A stretch of 47,582 bases of DNA from Candidatus Enterosoma sp. (GCA_050874925.1 JBNMLQ010000003.1:1-47582); one strand, 5' to 3'; positions 9,294 through 21,579 are shown, counted from the stretch's first letter. The notes: a model not told the origin generated them from the letters alone. Made by a program: numbers and translations.

Positions 9294-10277
9294 CTATTGA
9301 TTGATGACTTTGTCATAAGCTACAAAACCTTCCTGAATGCTTTCAAGAGGCTTTTCGACCACTCTTACAGGAATGGACAGGAGATGTTCGAAGTAATCCT
9401 TCATGCCGGCAATGAGTGCTCCTCCCCCGGAAAGGATGAGGCCGTTTCTCGTCAGGTCGCTGACAAGCTCCGGCGGCAGAGAGCTGATGACATCGGTGAT
9501 CTTCATTCCGATGAAGTTTGCCAACGGCACCAGGCAGCTTTTGATTTCGGATGCAGATACGACGACACTTGATGGAAGCGAAGTGATGGTGTCCTTGCCT
9601 TTGATTTCAGCGAGTCGGTTTTCGTTTATGGAAGATAGGCTTCCTATTTTCATCTTCAGGTATTCGGCGCTCTTGAGTCCGATGGCAAGATGCTGGTTGA
9701 TGGTCATATATCTTCGTATGGCTTCGTCGAAGGCATCTCCGGCAATATAGGTGGAATCCGCACTGACGATTTCACCCAAGGAAAGGCAGGCGATGTCACT
9801 GACCCCACTTCCGATATGACAGATCAGGGTTGCTGTCGGTGCGAATACATTCTTTCCCGCACCCAAGGCAGAGAGCCTTGCCTGAGATTCGATGTAAACT
9901 TCCTTGGCACCTAGCTTTTTTGCCAATTCAATCATCATTCTCCTATTGACTTTGGAACAGTTGGATGGAGCGCTGAAGACAAAGGCCGGCATTTTGCTTC
10001 TTTTATCAAAGTGGAGAGACTTCAAAACTTCGGATAGATATTGATAACATGCCTCATCATCATCGATAAGTCCGTTCTTTACCGGATGAATCACATCGAT
10101 ATTGTATGGGGTCTTTCCGGAAATCTTGCTTGCTAAAAAACCAGTCTCTCGGACTTCATGTGTGTAACGGTCAAGGGCGATACAGGTCGGTTCGGAATAG
10201 ATGACGCTTTCCATGGCGGAAGAGTAAATCAATGTGTTTTCACTTCCAAGGTCGATTCCGAGATATTCTTTCCTCAT
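9294..10277 (-). CDS. Divergent MreB/Mbl-family actin-like protein
   Basis: GIDLGS, GKTPYNIDVIHPVKNGLI, AGDAFDEAI, AEYLKMKIGS, LPPELVSD, GLILSGGGALI. Start placed at MRKEYLGIDLG. Confidence 0.88.
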   Translation of the reverse strand: MRKEYLGIDLGSENTLIYSSAMESVIYSEPTCIALDRYTHEVRETGFLASKISGKTPYNIDVIHPVKNGLIDDDEACYQYLSEVLKSLHFDKRSKMPAFVFSAPSNCSKVNRRMMIELAKKLGAKEVYIESQARLSALGAGKNVFAPTATLICHIGSGVSDIACLSLGEIVSADSTYIAGDAFDEAIRRYMTINQHLAIGLKSAEYLKMKIGSLSSINENRLAEIKGKDTITSLPSSVVVSASEIKSCLVPLANFIGMKITDVISSLPPELVSDLTRNGLILSGGGALIAGMKDYFEHLLSIPVRVVEKPLESIQEGFVAYDKVINQ

Positions 10278-10341
10278 ACCTACATAGTTTACTATGTTTT
10301 TTCTCAAAAGTGAAATTTTTGATTGTTTCATTATAAAACAA

Positions 10342-10391
10342 TTGCAATGTATGGAAAATGTACCTATAATTTCTACCATTATTAGCTAATA
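10342..10391 (+). promoter_or_regulatory. sigma-A promoter TTGCAA-17-TATAAT plus palindrome TATTAGCTAATA (candidate MarR operator)
   Basis: -35 at 10342-10347, -10 at 10365-10370, perfect 12-bp palindrome at 10380-10391 just downstream of the predicted TSS. Confidence 0.7.
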
Positions 10392-10413
10392 CTAGTAGGA
10401 AAGGAGTCGAAAA

Positions 10414-10866
10414 ATGAAAGATGAGACTGAAATCAAAACAGAGGCTGAGGGTTTCCTCAAGGACTTCTTCTTGAATCGAAACCTGAATCTCTCCTTTGCT
10501 TCGATGCCGAAGAATACCGGTGAGATCTCTGTCTTGGGGCTTCTTGCGTATAATGACGGAAAGCTGACGAGCGGAGATATATCCAGGAAGCTGAAATTGA
10601 AGACGGCAAGAGTTGCTGCAATTCTAAGAACTCTCGAAGAAAAAGGTGAAATCATCAGAAGGCAATCTGATGAAGACAAGAGAATCGTTGAAGTTTGCCT
10701 CACCCAGATGGGACAGATGAAATGTACGGCTGCCATCGCCAGACTGACGGATAGGATATCTGACTGCTATCGTGAATTCGGTGCGGACGAAATGAACCAT
10801 TTCAAGGATATGTTGATCCGTGTCTATAAAATCATGGGGAAGGAGAAAAGAACATGCTGCGCTTAG
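10414..10866 (+). CDS. MarR family transcriptional regulator
   Basis: wHTH pattern LTSGDISRKL..TARVAAILRTLEEKGEIIR..SDEDKR..LTQMG; RBS AAGGAG. Confidence 0.9.
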   Translation: MKDETEIKTEAEGFLKDFFLNRNLNLSFASMPKNTGEISVLGLLAYNDGKLTSGDISRKLKLKTARVAAILRTLEEKGEIIRRQSDEDKRIVEVCLTQMGQMKCTAAIARLTDRISDCYREFGADEMNHFKDMLIRVYKIMGKEKRTCCA

Positions 10867-13661
10867 ATCATATCGTCAAAGAATATAAGATGAAGGATAG
10901 TTCCGTTCAGGCATTGAAAGGAATCACCCTCAATTTCCGTAAAAATGAGTTCGTCTCCATTCTCGGACCTTCCGGATGTGGAAAGACGACGATGCTGAAC
11001 ATCCTGGGAGGCCTTGACCAATACACCAGCGGAGATCTCATCATCGAAGGAAAATCGACCAAGGATTTCAACGATCACGACTGGGACATCTATAGAAACC
11101 ACCGAATTGGTTTTGTCTTTCAGTCCTACAACCTGATTCCTCACGAGAACATTCTTGAAAATGTCGAGCTGGCCCTTACCATAGGCGGTGTTTCCAAGGC
11201 AGAAAGGGAAGAAAAGGCCAAAAAAGCCCTTGATAAGGTCGGACTCAAGGGAATGTACAAGAAGATGCCAAATCAGCTCTCCGGCGGTCAGTGCCAGAGG
11301 GTTGCCATCGCCAGAGCCCTGGTCAATGAACCGGAAATTCTTCTTGCCGATGAGCCTACCGGTGCCTTGGATAGCGTTACCTCCGTCCAGATTATGGACC
11401 TCATCAAGGAAATCAGCAAAGACAGGCTTGTCATCATGGTCACGCACAATCCTGATTTGGCCTATCGCTATTCGACGAGAATCGTCAAGCTTCTCGACGG
11501 AACCTTACAGGATGATTCCAATCCTTATACCGTCGAAGAAGAAATGCAGGAAAGAGATGGAAGCAATGAAATCACTTCCGAAAAAGAACGTGCCAGGCTT
11601 GAAAACGAAAAAGCCAAGATGAGTTGGTGGACTGCCTTCAAGCTTTCCAGCAAGAATCTTTGGTCAAAGGCAAAGAGGACTTTCCTGACGATTGTGGCTG
11701 CATCCATCGGCATCGTCGGGGTCTCGGCCGTTCTTTCCATCAGAAGCGGTGTGACGGGATATATCGATGACATGCAGGATGAAATGTTGTCAGGAAATCC
11801 GATTTCCGTGTCGCGTTCATCCATGGACCTATCTTCCATGATGGGCTCTGTCTCGACAGGTGAGCAGGCAACCATTGTCAGGAATGCGATGAAGGATGGC
11901 AAGATCAATATCGACTTTGTCACCAAGCAGTTGATCGATTCAGCCAAGACGATGGGATCGACGATGATTCAAAATGAAATCACGCAGGAATATGTCGACT
12001 TCGTCAAAGACATGCCTAAGGATTACTATGAGGACATCGTCTTTAGGTATGGTATCGATGTCACCAACAATATTTATACGTCTGAAACGAGAGATGATCC
12101 TGCCATCGAGGATTCTTCGACGACGCAGAAGACGGAGACGATGTCTCTTTCTGCCATCCGTTCTCTTGCCACTGAAATCCTCAACCAGAAGCTGAATGAA
12201 TCAGGCTATGGAGCTTATGCTTCCATGATTGAAGGATATTCCGGAACCTTTGCCCAATCCATCAACAATGCGGATTATCTTCTTCAGCAATATGACCTTC
12301 TTCCCGGTGGCAAGGTTGCCACAGAGGAAGATGAAATCATGGTCGTCTTGGATTCCAACGATGCCTTGACCGATTTCCTTCTTACGCTTCTCGGCTATTA
12401 TTCCCAGGAAGACTTTCTCAGTGTGGTCTATCATTATAATGATGTCAATGGGGAAGATTCCCATAAGAACGAAGATACGGAGAGAAGGTTTCAAGACATT
12501 CAGAATCTCGATGCCAAGAAGCTGATGGAAAAGAAGTTTACCTATTACCCCAACAACACGATTTTCAAGAGGCATACCAGGGAAACACCTTTGGATTATA
12601 AGTTCTTTGATTATTCTTATCTGGAAGATCCTTCCTGGAACGATGGCATCCAGCTAAAGATCGTCGGCGTTCTGACACCGAAGGAGGGAAGACAGTATAC
12701 GACGTTGTCTTCTGGCTTCTATTACACTCCGAAATTCACGCAGAAATTCATCGAGGACAACAATGATTCTGAGTTTACCAAGTTTGTAAGAGATGAAGAG
12801 GTTGAGGTATCTGGAAGCAAAATCAAATCCAAAGGCTCCCTCTCCAGCATGGAAGTGAATATGGTGACCAACATCAAGATGGGTGTCTACTATGATTTCG
12901 ATTACAAGCTTGAAGGAAAAGTATATAAGGATAAGACGGCCTTCTTAGGTTCCAGTGATTCCAGTCTTTCCAGCCTGATGAAAATCCTCTTGGGTGGTTC
13001 TTCGACGACGACATCCGGAGAGAAGACGATTTCTTCCAGGCAGGTCGGCGGTGAGAAGCTGCCATCCAGCATTCATTTCTTTCCCAAGTCGTTTGAAAGC
13101 AAGTATCTTGTGACGGACTATCTTGATCAATGGAACGCTGACAAGGATAAGGACGTGACGTTTGGTGATGTCACGGCACCGAAGAACAGAGCTGACATCA
13201 AATATACTGATAATCTTGCCGTCGTCATCTCCATGGTCAACAACGTCATCAACATCGTCTCCATCTCTTTGATTGCTTTTACGGCACTGAGTCTTGTCGT
13301 CTCTACGGTTATGATTGCCATCATCACATATGTTTCCGTCATGGAACGTATCAAGGAAATCGGTATCATCCGTGCACTCGGAGGAAGGAAGAAGGATGTC
13401 TCTCATCTCTTCAATGCTGAAACCTTCATCATTGGATTCTTAAGTGGTGTCTTCGGTATCGCCATCACTTATATACTTCAAGGCATACTCAACATCATCA
13501 TCCACGCCAATTTCCCGATGATATCCATGATTGCCAATCTTCCCTTCTATATCGCCCTGATTGTCATCTTGATTTCCGTTCTTCTTACGACCATTGCAGG
13601 TTTCATCCCTGCAAGAAGCGCGGCTAAGAAGGATCCTGTCGTAGCTCTTCGCTCTGAATAG
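10854..13661 (+). CDS. MacB-like fused ABC transporter ATPase/FtsX permease
   Basis: GPSGCGKT, LSGGQ, LLADEPTGALD, one TM, a large extracellular loop, then SVMERIKEIGIIRALG and AAKKDPVVALRSE. Confidence 0.93.
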   Translation: MLRLDHIVKEYKMKDSSVQALKGITLNFRKNEFVSILGPSGCGKTTMLNILGGLDQYTSGDLIIEGKSTKDFNDHDWDIYRNHRIGFVFQSYNLIPHENILENVELALTIGGVSKAEREEKAKKALDKVGLKGMYKKMPNQLSGGQCQRVAIARALVNEPEILLADEPTGALDSVTSVQIMDLIKEISKDRLVIMVTHNPDLAYRYSTRIVKLLDGTLQDDSNPYTVEEEMQERDGSNEITSEKERARLENEKAKMSWWTAFKLSSKNLWSKAKRTFLTIVAASIGIVGVSAVLSIRSGVTGYIDDMQDEMLSGNPISVSRSSMDLSSMMGSVSTGEQATIVRNAMKDGKINIDFVTKQLIDSAKTMGSTMIQNEITQEYVDFVKDMPKDYYEDIVFRYGIDVTNNIYTSETRDDPAIEDSSTTQKTETMSLSAIRSLATEILNQKLNESGYGAYASMIEGYSGTFAQSINNADYLLQQYDLLPGGKVATEEDEIMVVLDSNDALTDFLLTLLGYYSQEDFLSVVYHYNDVNGEDSHKNEDTERRFQDIQNLDAKKLMEKKFTYYPNNTIFKRHTRETPLDYKFFDYSYLEDPSWNDGIQLKIVGVLTPKEGRQYTTLSSGFYYTPKFTQKFIEDNNDSEFTKFVRDEEVEVSGSKIKSKGSLSSMEVNMVTNIKMGVYYDFDYKLEGKVYKDKTAFLGSSDSSLSSLMKILLGGSSTTTSGEKTISSRQVGGEKLPSSIHFFPKSFESKYLVTDYLDQWNADKDKDVTFGDVTAPKNRADIKYTDNLAVVISMVNNVINIVSISLIAFTALSLVVSTVMIAIITYVSVMERIKEIGIIRALGGRKKDVSHLFNAETFIIGFLSGVFGIAITYILQGILNIIIHANFPMISMIANLPFYIALIVILISVLLTTIAGFIPARSAAKKDPVVALRSE

Positions 13662-13668
13662 AAGCATG

Positions 13669-13706
13669 GAAAAGGCTTTTCGCGGCTGTGAAAAGCCTTT
13701 TCTTTT
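13669..13706 (+). terminator. Intrinsic terminator
   Basis: GAAAAGGCTTTTCGC-GGCT-GTGAAAAGCCTTTTC followed by TTTT. Confidence 0.8.
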
Positions 13707-13761
13707 GGCAAAATACGATATTTCTTTTCAATGATGATAAGAAGTATAGAATATATTCCGT

Positions 13762-15135
13762 ATGAAAAAAATCGAACTTGGAAGTGAGAAGACCTGGCCA
13801 GTCATCCTGAAGCTTGCCTTACCTGCGATGCTCGCCCAGCTTGTTTCAGTCTTATACAACATCGTCGATAGAATCTATGTTGCCAATATGCCTGTCAATG
13901 GAGACATGGCATTGGTTGGCATGGGCATCGTATCCCCTGTGGCAACCTTCATTTCATCCTTTGCCTTTCTTGTCGGACTTGGCGGGGCACCTTTGTTTTC
14001 CATTGCGCTAGGTGAGAAAAACGAAGAGAGGGCAAAGAAGATTCTGAGCAATGCCTTTCTTCTCCTTCTGTGCCTGAGTGCTGTCCTGATGGTCCTGTTC
14101 TATAGCATCATGAGACCGATGCTCTATCTTTTCGGAGCGTCTGACACATCCTATCCTTTTGCCAGTGCTTATCTGAAGATATATCTGATCGGTACCTTCT
14201 TTTCCGTCTTGTCCTTGGGACTCAACCAGTTCCTCTCGGCTCAGGGAGAATCATTCAAGGCCATGGTCACGACGACATCAGCCTGCATTCTCAATGTCGG
14301 ATTGGATCCTCTTTTCATCTATGCCTTCGGCATGGGAATCCAGGGTGCGGCAATCGCTACGATTCTCTGTCAGCTTCTTTCTTTTTTGCTGGTGCTTTTC
14401 TTTCTGCTAAAAGGAAGCCGTATCAGACTTTCCTTCGGCCAATATGATATCAGGACGATGCTTTCGATTCTGAAGCTCGGCTTTTCCCCTTTCCTCATTT
14501 CGTCTACCGACAGTGTCATCATCATTCTGCTCAATGCCATGCTGAAGCAGTTTGGCGGTGCGGATGCCGATTTTTATATCGAAGTGGCAACCATTGTCTC
14601 CGCCTTTGAATCATTGCTTACCGGTCCGCTTCTTGGAATCTCATCGGGGACTCAGCCGATTCTTGGATATAACTATGGAGCCAAGAGAATTGACCTGCTC
14701 AAAAAGGCAGAAAAACAGCTTCTCCTTTTTGCACTTGCTTTCTGTTGCTGCGGATTTGGGTTGTCGTTTTTACTCTCAAGACCGTTTGCGGAAATCTTTG
14801 CCGGCTCATCTGGCAATGAGGCCGTCATCGATGGCGCAGTGAAGTATATCCGATGGTATATGTATGCCATCATTCCTCTTGCCTTCCAATATGTCTGTGT
14901 GGATGGACTGACTGGAATGGGTCAGGCAAAATATTCGCTTTGGCTTTCTTTGAACCGAAAGGTGTTCATCTTGGTTCCTCTGACGATTCTTCTTCCGCTT
15001 TTGACCGGAAATGCCAGCTTTTGCTTCATGGCACAGCCGATTGCGGATGCGTGTTCCGGAATCGTCAGCCTCATCGCCTATTATATCGTGACGCCAAGGA
15101 TTTTTAAGAAAAGGGTGGCTGAGACGGCTTCGTAA
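13762..15135 (+). CDS. MATE family efflux transporter (MepA-like)
   Basis: LALPAMLAQLVSVLYNIVDRIYV, LNVGLDPLFI, GIQGAAIAT, QPILGYNYGA; about 12 TM. Confidence 0.93.
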   Translation: MKKIELGSEKTWPVILKLALPAMLAQLVSVLYNIVDRIYVANMPVNGDMALVGMGIVSPVATFISSFAFLVGLGGAPLFSIALGEKNEERAKKILSNAFLLLLCLSAVLMVLFYSIMRPMLYLFGASDTSYPFASAYLKIYLIGTFFSVLSLGLNQFLSAQGESFKAMVTTTSACILNVGLDPLFIYAFGMGIQGAAIATILCQLLSFLLVLFFLLKGSRIRLSFGQYDIRTMLSILKLGFSPFLISSTDSVIIILLNAMLKQFGGADADFYIEVATIVSAFESLLTGPLLGISSGTQPILGYNYGAKRIDLLKKAEKQLLLFALAFCCCGFGLSFLLSRPFAEIFAGSSGNEAVIDGAVKYIRWYMYAIIPLAFQYVCVDGLTGMGQAKYSLWLSLNRKVFILVPLTILLPLLTGNASFCFMAQPIADACSGIVSLIAYYIVTPRIFKKRVAETAS

Positions 15136-15358
15136 AAATACCAGGACACAGCTTTGAAAGTCGGACATCAAAGCTTTCTTTTCAAGGCGGAGTTATATTT
15201 CATGTCATTTTTGCCAATCTTGAAAAAGCCCGTAAATGATGAGGGAATGAAGTGCAAAAGTGAACGATGGTGCAAAAAACTTAAATTGCAAATTTACTCT
15301 ATACTTTTCAAATGGTTTGGCATATAATTTTTTTCGGTACTTGGAGGTATTATAATTT

Positions 15359-15583
15359 ATGAGTTGGTTTAACAAACAGTCTAGACTTGTTCAGATCATC
15401 CTTCTTATCATTCCGTTCGTCGGATGGGTTGTCGAAATCTTCGTCCGCCTTACTGCAATGCTTGAGAAGACTACGACTGAAAACATCTTAGGCTTCGTCC
15501 TCTTCCTCTTCTTCGGTTCCGTCCTTGCCTATGTTGACCTTGTCTGGGTCCTTCTCTTCAATCATCTTATTCTTTGCAAGTAA
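15359..15583 (+). CDS. Small (74 aa) membrane protein of unknown function
   Basis: Strong RBS GGAGGT, biased codon usage, 2-3 hydrophobic segments, own terminator at 15585-15632. Confidence 0.8.
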   Translation: MSWFNKQSRLVQIILLIIPFVGWVVEIFVRLTAMLEKTTTENILGFVLFLFFGSVLAYVDLVWVLLFNHLILCK

Positions 15584-15681
15584 TCAAAAAAACATGGACA
15601 TGAATGTTCTGCATCGGTCCATGTTTTTTTTGTTGTCTGTTTTTTGAATCAAAAAAGGCAGCCATGACGACTGCCCGTTTT

Positions 15682-17517
<1,836 letters not shown>

Positions 17518-17626
17518 ACTGATCTCCTTACACGCGAAAAACGCATTTGAAAAAACTTATTTATTATAATAACTGAAATGGTAGAAATAAATATATTTTT
17601 CAGTGAAAATGTTTACAGGTTGGAAC

Positions 17627-19543
17627 TTATAATGCCATGTCGAGGTCAGCGTAAAGTTTTTCAAGCTGAGCCGTGAGCTTGGCTATCTCGGCAGAGATGG
17701 CTTCCATCTTCTTGCTGTCGGTATAGTTCTCTTCAAGATAGCAGGCGTCGGAAAGCTCCTTCTTTCTTTTCTCGGCACGTTCGATCTTCTCCATGATCTT
17801 CTCCGGCGATTCCTTTGTGAGCCTTGTCTTTTTGAAGGCGGGCTCTTCCTTTTTTTGCTGAAGCTGAGCGATTCTCTCTTCCTTCTTCTGCTGGTTTTCC
17901 AGTTCGAGTTCCTCTTTCTCCTCGTTCATGATCTGAACAAGTTCTTTTTCCTTGAAGCTGGAATATGGCCCTTCATAGTAATAGCCTTTTCCGTGATAGA
18001 GATACAGCAGCTTGTTGCAGGTCTTGTCGATGAAGTCACGGTCATGGGAGATGATGACAAGGGTGCCCTCATATTCGTTGAGGGCATCGATGAGTTCTGA
18101 AATGGAAAGCATATCGAGATGGTTTGTCGGTTCATCCAAAAGAAGAAGGTCATAGTCTTCCAGGGAAAGCTGAAGGATTTCAATTCTCATCAGTTCTCCA
18201 CCCGAGAGATCGCAAAGGTGTTTTTCGTTGGCTTCCTTATAGGTGAAGGCATATCTTGCAAGGCCGGAATAGATCTCTTCGTTTTCCATCCTCGGATACA
18301 GGTTTCGGAAGTGCTGGAAAAGCGTTTCGTCTGATTCATAGGAACGGATATCCTGTCTGAGGACGCCCATCGTCATATGGAAATATCTTCGGATATCTCC
18401 CGAATAGGGCTTTAGTTCGTTGAAAAGGACTTTTCCGAAAGTGGATTTGCCGATGCCGTTTGCACCCATGACGGCTAGATGGTCTTTGCCAAAGAGAGTG
18501 AAGGTGATGTCCTTGATGAGCGGCTTGTCATAACCGACGGATACATTGTTGAAATCCAAAAGCTTCTTTCCTTCACGGATTTCGCCTTTGAGACCGATGG
18601 AAAGGGACTTGCTTTTCTTGAGACTCGGATCACTGATGGAATTGGCTTCAAGCCTGGCAAGCTTCTTGACTCTGTCCTGGGCTCTGGATGCGAATCGTGG
18701 CTTTGGCATATAGAAGGTGATGAAGCGTTCCAGCCTTGCCTTTTCTTCTTCCTGTGCCTTGAACCTGGCAAGTTCGTTTTCATACCGGTTCTTCTTTTCG
18801 ATGGCGAAATTGTCGTAGGTGCAATTATACATGGTGTAGATTCCATGGTCGATGTCCAGGATGTGGTCGGCAAGGTGCTTGACAAACGTTATATCATGGG
18901 AAACAAAAAGAACAGCACCTTGATAGGATTTCAAATAATCTTCAAGCCATTCTATTGAAATAATGTCGAGATGGTTCGTAGGCTCGTCCAAAATCAGGAT
19001 ATCCGGATTCAAGAGGAGGAGCTTTGCAAAGGCAACCCTGGTCTTTTCTCCGCCAGAGAAGGTTGAGATTTTTCTTTCATAGTCGTCCTTGGAAAAGGAG
19101 AACATGTTGAGAATCATGGCTATCTTGTAGCGATATTGGTATCCTTCCTTGACTTCGAAGGCGTTTTGAAGACGTGCATATTCTTCCAGCTTTGCATTGT
19201 CATTTTCATTTTGGGCGATTTCCTTGGATAGTTCGGAAAGCCTGTTTTCCATGCCGATGAGGTCTTTGAAGACGGAGAGGGCTTCTTCATACAGCGTATG
19301 GTTTGGATTTTCGATGACATCCTGTGAAAGATATCCGATCTTGATGTTTTTGGAGAAAATGATCTGACCACCGGAAACTTCTTCCTGACCAAGTATCATT
19401 TTGATCAGTGTGGATTTTCCGGAACCGTTCGGACCGAGAATGGCGGTCCTGTCATGGTCTCTGACGATGAAGGATGTCGGCTCGAAGAGCTTTACACCCG
19501 AAAACTCCTTGTAGACATCCTGCAATGATAATACGACGTTCAT
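17627..19543 (-). CDS. ABC-F family ATPase with C-terminal coiled-coil extension (YdiF/Uup-like)
   Basis: Two cassettes (GPNGSGKS, FSGGEK, LDEPTNHLD; GANGIGKS, LSGGE, LLDEPTNHLD), no TM. Confidence 0.92.
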   Translation of the reverse strand: MNVVLSLQDVYKEFSGVKLFEPTSFIVRDHDRTAILGPNGSGKSTLIKMILGQEEVSGGQIIFSKNIKIGYLSQDVIENPNHTLYEEALSVFKDLIGMENRLSELSKEIAQNENDNAKLEEYARLQNAFEVKEGYQYRYKIAMILNMFSFSKDDYERKISTFSGGEKTRVAFAKLLLLNPDILILDEPTNHLDIISIEWLEDYLKSYQGAVLFVSHDITFVKHLADHILDIDHGIYTMYNCTYDNFAIEKKNRYENELARFKAQEEEKARLERFITFYMPKPRFASRAQDRVKKLARLEANSISDPSLKKSKSLSIGLKGEIREGKKLLDFNNVSVGYDKPLIKDITFTLFGKDHLAVMGANGIGKSTFGKVLFNELKPYSGDIRRYFHMTMGVLRQDIRSYESDETLFQHFRNLYPRMENEEIYSGLARYAFTYKEANEKHLCDLSGGELMRIEILQLSLEDYDLLLLDEPTNHLDMLSISELIDALNEYEGTLVIISHDRDFIDKTCNKLLYLYHGKGYYYEGPYSSFKEKELVQIMNEEKEELELENQQKKEERIAQLQQKKEEPAFKKTRLTKESPEKIMEKIERAEKRKKELSDACYLEENYTDSKKMEAISAEIAKLTAQLEKLYADLDMAL

Positions 19544-19546
19544 GGC

Positions 19547-20884
19547 TTATTCTTTCTCGATGACGAAGGTACCGGTCGAATTGAGAGAGATTCTCTCTTC
19601 GACGGGGGAAGGGACTTCGATCGGATCGTCGCTGAAGTCGAAGTTGTTCAAAATAGAGGAGACGAGGCTTTCCATGCCAGGCTTCTCGGTATATAAAGTC
19701 AGGATGACATCACCTTTGGCGACTTTGTCACCAAGCTTCTTGGACAGGATGATGCCTGCTGCCGGATCGATGACATCGTCAAGTGTCTCTCTTCCGGCAC
19801 CGAGTGTCATGCTGCTGACACCCAAAGCCATCGTATCAATCTTGCTGATATATCCGGATTTGACGCTTCTGACCGGAATGGAATACATGCTGACAGGGAA
19901 TTTCGAAGGATCGTCGATGTAGGATATGTCACCATTTTGTGCCTTGACAAAGGAACGGAAGATCTTATAGGCACTATCATCTTCCAAGGTCTGCTTCAAT
20001 GCAGCGACGGCTTTGTCTCTTTCGCTGTAGATGCCTGCCTGAAGAAGCATAGTGGCACCGCTGGAAAGGCAAAGTTCGACGAAGTCCTTCGGTCCTCTGT
20101 TATGAAGGGTATCGATGGCTTCCTTGACTTCAAGGATGTTTCCGATGGCCAGACCGAGAGGCTGGTTCATGGATGTGATTTCAGCCTGTACGTTCTTGCC
20201 AAAATGGTTTCCGATTTCGACCATGAGCTTGGCAAGAGTCTCAGCTTCTTCTTTTGTGTGCATGAATGCTCCGCTTCCGTATTTGACGTCGAGAAGGATG
20301 CAGTCGCATCCGGCAGCGAGTTTCTTTGACATGATGCTGGAAGCAATCAAGGGCATCGAATCGACGGTTCCTGTGACATCCCTGAGGGCATATAGTTTCT
20401 TGTCAGCCAAATCGATATCGGCACTCTGACCGATGATGCTCATACCAACCTTGTTGACCGTATCGATGAAATCCTTCGGGGAAAGGGAAATGGTCATTCC
20501 GGGAATGGACTCGAGTTTGTCGAGTGTGCCACCGGTGAAGCCGAGTCCTCTTCCGGACATTTTGGCTACTTTGATGCCTAGGGCTGCGACCATCGGGCAG
20601 AGAACCATGGAAGTCTTGTCTCCGACACCGCCTGTGGAATGCTTGTCACATTTTACACCATTGATTTTGCTTAAATCGAACATGACTCCGGAGTCCATCA
20701 TGGCCTTGGTCAGAGTGAAGGTCTCTCTCTTTGTCATCCCTTGGAAGCGAATGGCCATCAAAAGGGAGGAAACCTGATAATCTGGAATCGAATCATTGCA
20801 ATAGCCTTTGATCCAATACTGGATTTCCTCATCGCTCAGTTCTCTTCCGTTTTTCTTTTTTTCAATAATGGAAAGCATGTCCAT
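19547..20884 (-). CDS. pdp: Pyrimidine-nucleoside (thymidine) phosphorylase
   Basis: DKHSTGGVGDK, KMSGRGLGFTGGTLDKLE, LYALRDVTGTV, SIMSKKLA, DVKYGSGAFM. Confidence 0.96.
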   Translation of the reverse strand: MDMLSIIEKKKNGRELSDEEIQYWIKGYCNDSIPDYQVSSLLMAIRFQGMTKRETFTLTKAMMDSGVMFDLSKINGVKCDKHSTGGVGDKTSMVLCPMVAALGIKVAKMSGRGLGFTGGTLDKLESIPGMTISLSPKDFIDTVNKVGMSIIGQSADIDLADKKLYALRDVTGTVDSMPLIASSIMSKKLAAGCDCILLDVKYGSGAFMHTKEEAETLAKLMVEIGNHFGKNVQAEITSMNQPLGLAIGNILEVKEAIDTLHNRGPKDFVELCLSSGATMLLQAGIYSERDKAVAALKQTLEDDSAYKIFRSFVKAQNGDISYIDDPSKFPVSMYSIPVRSVKSGYISKIDTMALGVSSMTLGAGRETLDDVIDPAAGIILSKKLGDKVAKGDVILTLYTEKPGMESLVSSILNNFDFSDDPIEVPSPVEERISLNSTGTFVIEKE

Positions 20885-21023
20885 AAGAAGCACCTCTCTG
20901 AATGAAATGATATCGTTGTAAAATCAACTCATTATACCACGTAAAACATCGATTTTTTAAATTGGTCGAGGAATCAGAAAACAAAAAGGGACTGCGAATG
21001 AGCAGCCCCATGGTAAAATAAGA

Positions 21024-21512
21024 CTATTCTATATAGATGACGACCCAACGATCGTTGTCGTTTCCCTGGTTGTTGTCGTAGATTCTTAAGAAGATGGTAT
21101 GGACCTTCTCGTCTCCGACATAGAAGAGCTGGGAATATTGCGTGATGTAGATATATTCCTGGTCGTCGCTGGCTTCTCCCTGAGTGACAAGGGCACGTCT
21201 AGCCTCAAAGCATTTCTTGGCATTGCCGACAAGGGTATATCCGCAATTGGATACACCGCTCATGGGAATCTGCTTTCCGTCGTTGTGCACGAATTTGATT
21301 TCCGTGTTTGGATACAATACGCCGGTATAATAGTATTCCTTGGTTCCGTAGAGAGGCGAGATATGGGCAGAGAACTGATGCTTTTCGTTTTCCTGAACGA
21401 GATAGACATCTTCGCCGGTATCAGCTTCGGGTGCTCTGGTGACTTCGACAAGCGGTCTGCGTTCCAACGGCTTGACATTCTTGGAATGGCTGTTCTTTTT
21501 TACTTTGACCAT
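21024..21512 (-). CDS. Hypothetical beta-rich protein (162 aa)
   Basis: RBS AAAGGAG, host-like codon usage, downstream terminator-like hairpin; no family recognised. Confidence 0.75.
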   Translation of the reverse strand: MVKVKKNSHSKNVKPLERRPLVEVTRAPEADTGEDVYLVQENEKHQFSAHISPLYGTKEYYYTGVLYPNTEIKFVHNDGKQIPMSGVSNCGYTLVGNAKKCFEARRALVTQGEASDDQEYIYITQYSQLFYVGDEKVHTIFLRIYDNNQGNDNDRWVVIYIE

Positions 21513-21579
21513 GTATGTCTCCTTTGAGATAATGTATATATATTATATACCGACCTATAGGCGAAAACGAGAAAGAAAT

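Noticed and set aside
21439-21579. N-terminal extension of the methyltransferase ORF (similarly 10278-10379, 26658-26717, 28473-28499)
   Set aside because: Overlaps a divergent gene or promoter; homology and RBS position favour the downstream starts.
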